A model generated the notes under the pieces. The model saw nothing but the letters and a program-made list of their open reading frames with translations, was not told the origin of the DNA and searched no databases. The translations under genes were made by a program, and so were the position numbers. A stretch of DNA of 64,000 nt from an uncultured virus (IMG/VR IMGVR_UViG_3300013121_000030) (taxonomy: Duplodnaviria; Heunggongvirae; Uroviricota; Caudoviricetes): IMG/VR virus record IMGVR_UViG_3300013121_000030, positions 160,001-224,000 of that record; one strand, given 5' to 3'. Shown here one piece after another: positions 56,094 to 64,000 of this stretch (the first letter of the stretch is position 1; each line of letters starts with the position of its first letter).

Positions 56094-56945
56094 ATGGTTG
56101 AAATCGTTTCCGCGGTGAGGGAACCTCAGTTCCTTCCATTTCAAGATCTGAACCACATTTTTGTGGTGCCTCGCCCTCAAGAGACCCAAGTAGCCCTGGA
56201 GGTGGAGGTAGTCTTCCAAGGATTCCTCAAAGCTCTTGTTGAGGTGGAGGTGGAGGCAGTTTTTCAAGGTCTCCTCAAAACCATCTCCATCAATGAGGTC
56301 GAGAAGGTTTACCAGGACTTTCTCGTCGGGGTGGAGGTGGAGGGGGTTTTTCGCCAGATTGAGAGAGGTCAGGAACGCTTGGGGATCGACCTCAAGACCA
56401 GGGGGCATGAGGTTCGGAAACTCATGTTTGCGGGGTTCTCAACCCTGATCCACAGCCAGGGATATGATCCTGAGGAAGTGCTCCAAGAAGTCTACATGGG
56501 GATTGAGGTCAGGAATCGCGGAAAGTGTCCTTGGGATCCGCGAATTTCTTCGTTTGGTCATTATGTTCATATGGTCATTGGGTGCATCCTGCGAAACTAT
56601 CACCGAAAAGAGAGCGTGAGACGATCTCATCTGGTAATGGAATCCTCTCTCGAAAATCAGAACGAAGATTTTTTGGGCGTGGACTCATTGGCTTCGACGA
56701 GTGGGTCGGAGATCCTTCCTGAGGAGTCCTTGATGTGTGCGACGCAGAATCTTGCAGAGTACATGTCCTCCTTCCAAGAGGAGTTGTTGGTCCCCAGTCT
56801 CCAAATCATGCCTCATCTCCTCTCTGGGAGGACGAGAGAGGAGATGGTGGGTCTTACTGGCTTTAGCAAGTCGTTGGTGGGTCGTTGTGTGACTTGGATT
56901 CGGGATCGAGCTGCGGAGTGGGGTGGTCGAGTATCCAAGGCATGA
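56094..56945 (+). CDS. ECF-type sigma-factor-like protein with N-terminal repeats
   Basis: Region-2-like DPEEVLQEVY..WDPRISSFGHYV..RNYHRK; region-4-like GRTREEMVGLTGFSKSLV. Confidence 0.65.
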   Translation: MVEIVSAVREPQFLPFQDLNHIFVVPRPQETQVALEVEVVFQGFLKALVEVEVEAVFQGLLKTISINEVEKVYQDFLVGVEVEGVFRQIERGQERLGIDLKTRGHEVRKLMFAGFSTLIHSQGYDPEEVLQEVYMGIEVRNRGKCPWDPRISSFGHYVHMVIGCILRNYHRKESVRRSHLVMESSLENQNEDFLGVDSLASTSGSEILPEESLMCATQNLAEYMSSFQEELLVPSLQIMPHLLSGRTREEMVGLTGFSKSLVGRCVTWIRDRAAEWGGRVSKA

Positions 56946-57568
56946 AAGAGGGCCTCTTCCGTGTTCAAGCATCCATAACCTTTTACGTTTGGGCCTCCTG
57001 TGAAACGGAGGCTGAAGAGATCGCAGAAGATGAGCTGGTAACGGGAGGGGTTTGGGAAGGTGAGGATGTCCAGATTGGGGCAGAATCGGTCTCAGCGTGG
57101 GAAAACGACCCAGAGATGATTCCAATTTCCCGGACTTGTCCGGGGATTACACTTGGGAAGTTGAGGGAAGGAGATTCGGAGAGCCTTCTGGCGAATCTTT
57201 TTCCCCTGTCTGTCACACAACAACCCCCAGTGCGCCACAGAACCCCAGCTGGGGAACTTGCAGTCTCGTATGGAGAAGGTTTGGTGGTGATCTACCACCT
57301 CCAACGAGCCTCCGAAGAGAATCCAGTGTGGTCGGGTCAGGCGGAGTTGGTGGGTCTTCCAACGACAACTTCCGAAGACTTTGACTTTGGTCTTTTGGAT
57401 GAAATCATCCAGGTGCTTCTGAGGCACTTTCCAAAGTCCTCTCCTCAAGAGACGAGCCAGAGGACCTTGGCCATGGAAGGGGGAGCTGTGTTGGAGGTGC
57501 GTGGAGGTAGATTCTGGACAATCTATCTGGCTTCGGAGAAGCCAGGGTATGAGGAGCATGATCGTTGA
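56942..57568 (+). CDS. Hypothetical protein
   Basis: ATGA-coupled to the sigma-like gene; overlaps cas6. Confidence 0.6.
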   Translation: MKEGLFRVQASITFYVWASCETEAEEIAEDELVTGGVWEGEDVQIGAESVSAWENDPEMIPISRTCPGITLGKLREGDSESLLANLFPLSVTQQPPVRHRTPAGELAVSYGEGLVVIYHLQRASEENPVWSGQAELVGLPTTTSEDFDFGLLDEIIQVLLRHFPKSSPQETSQRTLAMEGGAVLEVRGGRFWTIYLASEKPGYEEHDR

Positions 57569-58199
57569 AGTCTCCATCCCACTCATTCCTCTCGACACAG
57601 CCCCTCTTCCAGTCCAACATGGCTACGCTCTCTTCGGAGCCCTCAGCACCCAGTTTGGTGGAGCGATCCATGAGACACCATGCCAGATCGCTCCCATCCG
57701 GGGGAACTTTGTCCCCGGGGAGAACGCCCATCTAGTCATCCCGTCGCCACATCCAAATGCTCCGTTCAATCCTCGTATCCTCATCAGGACCGATGAGATG
57801 AGCGCCGGGGCATTTCGTTTCACACGGCCCAAGCTCCTTCAGGTGGCGGGCAAGTTCTTCGCCTTGCAGCCCCCGAGGATCCAGGGGATTATGCCGTGGG
57901 CCCATCTCTGGGCTCGATGCGTTACCTTTTCGGGGGCTCGGGAGCGGGCCCACTTTGAAGCCTGCCTTCAGAAGGATTTGGGGTGGCTGGATCCGACGAA
58001 GATTCGGATTGGCCGGAGGAGGGTCGTGTCCGTCAAGGACCTCGATTATGTGGGGTACGAGGTCAAGCTCTCGCAGCTCTCCCCCGAGGAGTCCTGTGCA
58101 ATCCAGGCTTCGGGAGTAGGCGGCAAGAAGCATATGGGAGCTGGTGTGTTCCTGGGCACCGCTCCTGCGTTCTTCGGGGCACAGGACTACGTCCCCTGA
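57558..58199 (+). CDS. cas6: Cas6 endoribonuclease, Myxan type
   Basis: LPVQHGYALFGALS; G-rich loop GVGGKKHMGAGVF. Confidence 0.92.
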   Translation: MIVEVSIPLIPLDTAPLPVQHGYALFGALSTQFGGAIHETPCQIAPIRGNFVPGENAHLVIPSPHPNAPFNPRILIRTDEMSAGAFRFTRPKLLQVAGKFFALQPPRIQGIMPWAHLWARCVTFSGARERAHFEACLQKDLGWLDPTKIRIGRRRVVSVKDLDYVGYEVKLSQLSPEESCAIQASGVGGKKHMGAGVFLGTAPAFFGAQDYVP

Positions 58200-58226
58200 T
58201 ACCCCAGACTTTCCACGGAGGGAAAG

Positions 58227-60425
58227 ATGCTGCACGCAAAGAGTGTCAAGGACAACATATCTCTGATTCGGCATTCCTTGGAGACGGAGGAGGCCGCATC
58301 TGCCCTCTTTAAGGGGAGATTTTTCCAGAACTGGTGCAACTTCTTTCAGCTCAAGGACCCTGAGCGCTATCTCCTCCACGTGCGGGTCGCGGCGGTCTTC
58401 CATGACCTTGGGAAGGCGAACTCTGGATTTCAAAACGCAGTAAAAACCAACTCCATCCGATACCAGCCCTACCGGCATGAACACCTCTCAGCGATGATTT
58501 TGCATCTTCCTGAGATGCGGAAATGGCTGGGAACAGCGCCCGGGCTGGATGTAGATGTGGTGTTGGCGGCAGTGTTGGGTCATCACCTCAAGGTGACGGA
58601 TGACCCCAGCGATGGCAAATACAGGTGGATGATCTTGCGGATGGGACAAACACAGCCGCCGAAGATCTATTTGGGGAACGCGGAGGTCCAGGGAATCTTT
58701 CGTCGTGTCCAGGAAATTGCTGGGGTTGGGGACCCCCCTTCTCTTTCCTTGTCAGAGTGGGGATGGAAGGAAGGTCAAATGTGGGAGGCTTCGGCGTTCC
58801 AGGCCGCCTTCGCGTTTGCCAGACGGAAGCGTGGTTTCACAGACAAAACCTTCACAGCAGCCGTAAAGGCAGGAGTCATCCTTGCAGACACGGTGGCTTC
58901 GGCGCAAACTGCCTCTGGGAAGATCTCGGAGTGGATTGAGGAGGTGATCCATCGAGATCCAGCGGATCCGTCTGTGATCCACACAGAGATCTTGGCGCAC
59001 CGTCCTTCTTCAGACCCAGGGAAGACCTCCTTTCAGGATGAAGTGGCCAGGCTTGGGGATCGGGCCATGGTGTTGGCAGGAACGGGCTCCGGGAAGACCC
59101 AGGCCGCCTATCGATGGGCGTCTGAGGTTCTCGGACGTCACCCACGCAAGCATGTGGTGTTCTTGTATCCGACTCGGGCGACCGCTGCTGAGGGGTTCCG
59201 AGGATATCTCCATGCCCCGTGGGCAGAGTCAGCTCTCCTCAGTTCGTCGGCCCGCTACGATCTCTTGGGGATGGCGGATGGTGAGCCCCATGAGGAAGAT
59301 GAGCAACAAGATCGGTTGCGGGGGTTGGGGTTGTGGGGCAAGAGCTTTTTCAGCTCGACAGTGGACCAGTTCCTTGGGTTTCTGACAAACACCCGAACGG
59401 GGATTGTCCTGCTCCCTGTATTGGTGGATGCGGCACTCATCTTCGACGAAGTCCACGCCTATGATGATCTCCTCTTCGGTCATCTCCTAGCATTTTTGGA
59501 ACATTTCAGGGTGCCTGTGCTGTGTCTCTCGGCCTCTCTCCCCGAGGCCCGAAGGAAGGCACTGGAAAGACTCGGGGTGGAGGTTTTCCAAGACACCCCA
59601 GACATTCAGCATCGGCAGCGGAAGCGGCACCTTGTCTCCCCAGTCAACCAAAACGATGCTTTTGTTGCGGCCTCGAAGGCACACGGTCGTGGGGAGAAGG
59701 TGCTGTGGGTGGTCAACACAGTTGCCCGGTGCCAGGAAATTGCTCGGGAGGTGGGGATCGAGCCATGGTTTTTGCCATACCACGCCAGATTCCGACTCAT
59801 GGACCGAGTGGCGCGGCATCGTGCGGTCATGGATCTCTTTGAGAAGGATGGTCCCTGCGTGGCAGTGACCACACAGGTTTGCGAGATGAGCTTGGACCTG
59901 GACGCTGACCTCTTGATCACAGAGGTCGCACCCATTCCCTCTCTGATTCAGCGGTTTGGTCGCTCTGCTCGGTTGGGGAGCCAACGGACGTCCGAAATCC
60001 TGTGGTATGACCCCCAAAAGGATGGGAGGAGTCTCCGTCTTCCTTACGAGGAGAAGGAGATGAAAAGGGGCGAGGATTTTTTGAAGAGACTTTCGGGGTC
60101 TTCATGGGTTTCTCAGGAAGACCTGGCGGCACTCATGAGCGCTCTGGAGCCGGGACGTGGGGTCATCGTGGACGATCCGAAGTTCATCAAGGATGGATAC
60201 TTCGTGTCCAAGGGCGACCTCCGAGACATTCGGAATCAAGCCGAGGTGGTTCTGGATTCCGATGTGGAAGAGGTCCTTCGGCTTCGGGGAGAGGGAAAGC
60301 CTATCGACGGGTATGTCCTCGCAATTCCCAAGGGATCTGCACTCCAAGTGGATCCTCGCCTGCCACGCTATCTGAAGGTGGCCCCCGCTTCAAACTACAC
60401 CACGGAGTTCGGATATGACGCATGA
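58227..60425 (+). CDS. cas3: Cas3 HD nuclease-helicase
   Basis: HDLGKAN, RHEHLS, GHH, GTGSGKT, DEVH, TQVCEMSLDLD, QRFGR. Confidence 0.96.
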   Translation: MLHAKSVKDNISLIRHSLETEEAASALFKGRFFQNWCNFFQLKDPERYLLHVRVAAVFHDLGKANSGFQNAVKTNSIRYQPYRHEHLSAMILHLPEMRKWLGTAPGLDVDVVLAAVLGHHLKVTDDPSDGKYRWMILRMGQTQPPKIYLGNAEVQGIFRRVQEIAGVGDPPSLSLSEWGWKEGQMWEASAFQAAFAFARRKRGFTDKTFTAAVKAGVILADTVASAQTASGKISEWIEEVIHRDPADPSVIHTEILAHRPSSDPGKTSFQDEVARLGDRAMVLAGTGSGKTQAAYRWASEVLGRHPRKHVVFLYPTRATAAEGFRGYLHAPWAESALLSSSARYDLLGMADGEPHEEDEQQDRLRGLGLWGKSFFSSTVDQFLGFLTNTRTGIVLLPVLVDAALIFDEVHAYDDLLFGHLLAFLEHFRVPVLCLSASLPEARRKALERLGVEVFQDTPDIQHRQRKRHLVSPVNQNDAFVAASKAHGRGEKVLWVVNTVARCQEIAREVGIEPWFLPYHARFRLMDRVARHRAVMDLFEKDGPCVAVTTQVCEMSLDLDADLLITEVAPIPSLIQRFGRSARLGSQRTSEILWYDPQKDGRSLRLPYEEKEMKRGEDFLKRLSGSSWVSQEDLAALMSALEPGRGVIVDDPKFIKDGYFVSKGDLRDIRNQAEVVLDSDVEEVLRLRGEGKPIDGYVLAIPKGSALQVDPRLPRYLKVAPASNYTTEFGYDA

Positions 60426-60981
60426 CGCACCCATCCAATGTATTTCGGAGCGAGAGGCTATCCGAAAGCGTTCCGCGTTGTACGTCGGGACAGGAGAGAA
60501 GGCTCTTCTCAAGCTTCTTGGGGCGAGCCTCTACTTTTGGTCGGAGGGATATCCCACCACCACTTCAAGAGTGGTGGTGTCGTACGGATCTGATGGGAGA
60601 TTTGGTGTTGATGAGGATGGGGAGGGGATTTCTCCAGAGGAACATCCCCTCTTGAAGTGCTCTATCCTGGAGTCACTGCTCACAAAAATGGGTGGCGGTT
60701 CGTGGAACAACCTTCCGATTGTGAACGCCTTGAGTTCTGTCTGCTCGCTCCAGTCCCATTGGCACGGTGAAGTGTGGGAAATCTCCAGCCGTCAGGGGGT
60801 CCTTGAATCCCCGCCTCAGTATGTCGGGAAGACGGACCGGACAGGAACGGTTCTCGGGTTCATCCCGGACCCTGAGATCTTCGGCGACATTCGAGTAAGT
60901 GGTCTGGCCCTACGGCAATATTTGGACGAAATCCGGGCTGGGCTTCAGCCTGGGGATTCCATCCTCCTCAAGAATTCGTGA
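60415..60981 (+). CDS. Degenerate GyrB/ParE N-terminal (GHKL-like) domain protein
   Basis: AIRKRSALYVG, DGEGISPEEHP, VNALSS, TGTVLGFIPDPEIFG; lacks E..DN and HAGGKF. Confidence 0.75.
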   Translation: MTHDAPIQCISEREAIRKRSALYVGTGEKALLKLLGASLYFWSEGYPTTTSRVVVSYGSDGRFGVDEDGEGISPEEHPLLKCSILESLLTKMGGGSWNNLPIVNALSSVCSLQSHWHGEVWEISSRQGVLESPPQYVGKTDRTGTVLGFIPDPEIFGDIRVSGLALRQYLDEIRAGLQPGDSILLKNS

Positions 60982-60987
60982 CGTGAC

Positions 60988-62523
60988 ATGGCAATGAAAG
61001 TCATCTTTCCAGATCCTATCCAGCTCCAGTACGACCTGAATGACCTCCCGGATCCCATTGAGAGGGCAGGGTTGGTGTCGGTGGTGGTCTTGAGTGCGTG
61101 GATGAAGGACCCACGGATCAACTGTGATTTTGTGGCCCCTTCGGGGGTGTGGGAAGTGGTGGTGGACGGTTCCAAGGTCATGCTGACTTTGAACTTCGAG
61201 GGGTTGCAGACGTTTTTCCGGTTTGCGTGGCCGGCAAAACCCATCGACTATGGCAAGTGGGTGGCCAAAAATATCCAGAGTCTCATTGATCACAAAAAGA
61301 GGCCGCGCACCCAAGAAGAAGCTGAGGCGGAAACCCGGGAGGAATGGGAAAAGGCTGTTCAGGACGGAACCCAAGACACGCTGGATCCACACGTTGCGTA
61401 TACCTTCCTAGCCAGGGTGGGGGACCCTTCGTGGGAAGAGCCCACATTGGGGGGTTTCAACCTGCTCCTCGGGTCGTTTACGGGGAGGAAGGCACTCCTG
61501 GAGTTTGGGAACAAGGCCACACTATTGTGGGAAAGTCTCTGCACCGAAGAGAATGTGGAGTTGGTGGGGTACTTGGCACCTGGCCAAGAGAAGATTTGTG
61601 GCAATGGGGAGACCCCAAGCTTTGCTGCGGACAAGGCTCTGATCCGTTACTTTGCGCCCATACTCGCTATCTTTCAAAAACCTGGGTGGATGGTCATTCC
61701 TCTTTGGAATGCTATCCCGGACCCTGATGAAGTTGCGCGAGCCTTCCAGAGTCGTTCCTCTCATCCCGAGAAGAGTTGGCCCAAGACGATTGAGGAAGCT
61801 TCCAGTGCAGTCCTCTCAATGTTTAGGAACAATTTGGCACTGGACTGCTTTGAGAGCGTTGTGGGCTTGAAGGTGAAGAAAGGAGATGTGATGCTCATTC
61901 GAGCATACAAAATCCTTTCGAGGCAAGGACTCCTGGATTTGTTGGGGCCCGCTGGCGCTCTTTATCAGAGCCAAACTTTCCGCGAAATGTACATCAAAAA
62001 CTCCAGGGCGGGTAAGCCATGGTGGACAGACCTGGACTTGTACCTTCCGCCTCCTTCGGGGAAGAAGACGAAGGATGTGAACTGGGAATTCGTTCACTTT
62101 GTCAAGGATATGGAAGCAATGCTCAATAGCGAAAACCACAGCAATTCTGGTGAGGATGCTGCCGAAGACCACAACAAGCCATTTTCTCTTCAAAGAAGCT
62201 TGAAGAGTATTCTGTGGGCTTCTCAACAGCAGATCGTAGCTTCTGTTGAAGAGCCCAAAAAGAAGGATCGGGCACTCAAGTGGGCTACAGAGATCCTCTA
62301 CACCTTCCAGGGCATTCGGACCCACGAAATGTTTGTGGAGCAGTTCTTGCTCAGATTCATGCGGGGAGGAGGGGTGCATTTCAAGTGGGCCGAGGAGTTT
62401 GGGGATTGCCTCACGGATCCCCGAAAATTCCCAGAGCTGAAGGCACGGTTCCTCATCCAGGTGTCCTCCACAATCAACAGTCTCAACTGGTCACCAAAAA
62501 CCACCGCGAACACACAAGGATAA
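60988..62523 (+). CDS. cas8: Cas8 large subunit (Cmx8-like)
   Basis: IQLQYDLNDLPDPIERAGL N-terminus; position between cas3 and cas7. Confidence 0.75.
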   Translation: MAMKVIFPDPIQLQYDLNDLPDPIERAGLVSVVVLSAWMKDPRINCDFVAPSGVWEVVVDGSKVMLTLNFEGLQTFFRFAWPAKPIDYGKWVAKNIQSLIDHKKRPRTQEEAEAETREEWEKAVQDGTQDTLDPHVAYTFLARVGDPSWEEPTLGGFNLLLGSFTGRKALLEFGNKATLLWESLCTEENVELVGYLAPGQEKICGNGETPSFAADKALIRYFAPILAIFQKPGWMVIPLWNAIPDPDEVARAFQSRSSHPEKSWPKTIEEASSAVLSMFRNNLALDCFESVVGLKVKKGDVMLIRAYKILSRQGLLDLLGPAGALYQSQTFREMYIKNSRAGKPWWTDLDLYLPPPSGKKTKDVNWEFVHFVKDMEAMLNSENHSNSGEDAAEDHNKPFSLQRSLKSILWASQQQIVASVEEPKKKDRALKWATEILYTFQGIRTHEMFVEQFLLRFMRGGGVHFKWAEEFGDCLTDPRKFPELKARFLIQVSSTINSLNWSPKTTANTQG

Positions 62524-62530
62524 CTCATCC

Positions 62531-63445
62531 ATGGCTAAGCCCAAGTCCAAGTCCACAGTCATGCCCACGGAACACTTCCATCCGAAGGGTTCCAAGAGTG
62601 TCTTCTTCTCGATCCTCACCCACGAGGGCCCTTCGTCGAACTACCGTGGTGAGGGAGACGGCTCCTCCACGACACATCTCCAGAGGATCCACTGGAGAGG
62701 CAGCGACCACACTGTCGTCTCCGCAGAGGCAATCCGGAATGCGCTGAGGGATACTCTTCGGTATCTTGGGCTCCCCTACAATCGTTCTCGTGTGGAGAAC
62801 TCGGACAAGCCCACAGTTCACTTCAAGGAGAGGTGCAACGAGAACCTGTACGCCGATGATTTCATCTTTGGCTACATGCTCACGAAGCCGGACCACCACA
62901 AGCGAGACTCGATCATCCGTGCCAACAAGGCGATCGCCATTGCTCCCTTCAAGTTTGAGAGCACATTTCACCAGTCGCCACACACGGATTTGGAGGGCAC
63001 CGCGGAATGTGCCCTTCTTCGGCATGAAGTAGTGTCGACGAGCTACCAGTTCCCGCTCGCTTTCCGGGCGTCGGACTTCATGCGGGCTGGGGAGACCGCA
63101 GTGGAGTGGGGGAAGGCACTTCTTCAGGCTGTTGGCCAACTGAACGATGTGGCGGGCAATCGTGCTCGAAGCTACTTCGAATTCAGCCCCAAGTCCATGG
63201 TGGTCCGCTGTACCACGCGGCTGGCCGCAGGATTTGACTACTACGGCTTCCGTCCTGATGGGACCCATGCCGTGGTCGATGCCATTCTCCGTGGAGAAGT
63301 GGATGGCAAGGGATTCTTCATGGCCGGAGAGATTGTCTCTCTTCTGGACAAGGAGACCAAGGAAGCTCTTGCGAAAAAGGACGTGAAGCTCATCCATTCT
63401 GTGGAGAAGGCTCTGGACGATCTCGCAGGGGAACTCTTCCCATGA
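62531..63445 (+). CDS. cas7: Cas7/DevR backbone
   Basis: LTHEGPSSNYRGE, VSAEAIRNALR, DDFIFGYM, VAGNRARSYFEFSP. Confidence 0.93.
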   Translation: MAKPKSKSTVMPTEHFHPKGSKSVFFSILTHEGPSSNYRGEGDGSSTTHLQRIHWRGSDHTVVSAEAIRNALRDTLRYLGLPYNRSRVENSDKPTVHFKERCNENLYADDFIFGYMLTKPDHHKRDSIIRANKAIAIAPFKFESTFHQSPHTDLEGTAECALLRHEVVSTSYQFPLAFRASDFMRAGETAVEWGKALLQAVGQLNDVAGNRARSYFEFSPKSMVVRCTTRLAAGFDYYGFRPDGTHAVVDAILRGEVDGKGFFMAGEIVSLLDKETKEALAKKDVKLIHSVEKALDDLAGELFP

Positions 63446-64000
63446 ACCCGGTCTGGATTCGCGTGAAGGCCCCGTTTGGGGCCTTCCGCCCTCTCTTCTC
63501 AGGTGGAATGGGCAGCATTCGGCCCACCACACCTGTCATCTCTCCTTCATCTGCATGGGGTCTCCTGCACAACATTGCAGGCCAGAATCAAAGAGGAGAC
63601 CTTTCCAGGGTCCAAACTCCGCTCATCCCCAAGTGGGATATGCTGATTGCGGTGGGAATGGTGGGGTCGCCATCGGTGGAATCGTTGTTCCAGCAAATCC
63701 ATGTGGTCAAAGGATCCGCCACTGCGGAGGAGAGGGAACAATTTCCCCACGGCCAGAAGTTCAGCATCACCCCAGTCCATCGAGAGTTCCTGGTGGACGT
63801 GGAGCTGATCCTGGGTGTGATGGCAGAGGATGAGTTCGTGGATCTCCTTCGAGGAGGTATCCGGGGGGAGCATGACGACCGCTACGGTCTTCCGTTCCTT
63901 GGGGACAACAATTACTTCCTGGAGGTCCTTGAGGAGATTCCTGAGCCTCCGTCCTCAACTACATGGTACGTGCCCTCCCCAGGCAATGAGTGGGTCCACG
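63442..64000 (+). CDS. cas5: Cas5/DevS (partial, runs off window)
   Basis: MNPVWIRVKAPFGAFR..PSSAWGLLHNIAG..RYGLPFLGDNNY; ATGA overlap with cas7. Confidence 0.9.
   Translation, partial: MNPVWIRVKAPFGAFRPLFSGGMGSIRPTTPVISPSSAWGLLHNIAGQNQRGDLSRVQTPLIPKWDMLIAVGMVGSPSVESLFQQIHVVKGSATAEEREQFPHGQKFSITPVHREFLVDVELILGVMAEDEFVDLLRGGIRGEHDDRYGLPFLGDNNYFLEVLEEIPEPPSSTTWYVPSPGNEWVH

Larger units (their letters stand above)
1..64000. mobile_element. Segment of a large/jumbo tailed phage genome
   Basis: Virion-like genes, large tRNA array, dense hypothetical ORFs on both strands, phage-type split intein/endonuclease, no housekeeping operons. Confidence 0.85.

Noticed and set aside
60415-60981. Functional gyrB gene
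   Set aside because: Only 188 aa, catalytic residues missing, no downstream gyrase domains.

Overview
A 64-kb segment of a large (jumbo-type) tailed phage genome, probably infecting a myxobacterium (inferred from the Myxan-type cas genes and myxobacterial Cys-rich lipoproteins). It carries putative virion genes (baseplate spike-like, tail-associated) and many hypothetical genes. Candidate counter-defence and auxiliary genes include a serpin, ADP-ribosylglycohydrolase, NADAR, two adenine MTases and a Thg1-like protein. A CRISPR array (12 repeats + 1 degenerate, 41584-42483) lies about 15 kb from a Myxan-type class 1 type I operon (cas6-cas3-[GyrB-like]-cas8-cas7-cas5, truncated at the window end); no cas1/cas2 is seen. 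A 6.4-kb RNA island (46.8-53.2 kb) holds about 30 tRNAs. Most notable: (1) seven paralogous Y-RNA/YrlA-like RNAs among the tRNAs, four with a circularly permuted tRNA domain and five with an anticodon-loop-like hairpin; (2) a probable virion gene fractured by an endonuclease gene and joined by an atypically split intein; (3) a degenerate GyrB-N gene embedded in the cas operon; (4) a 15-copy GTGTAAC-N11-CGTGCTACAC promoter-like motif, often directly ahead of a leaderless ATG; (5) an HPPD-like gene with an in-frame UAG before its predicted third metal ligand. All family calls are from motif recognition by eye; no database searches were run.
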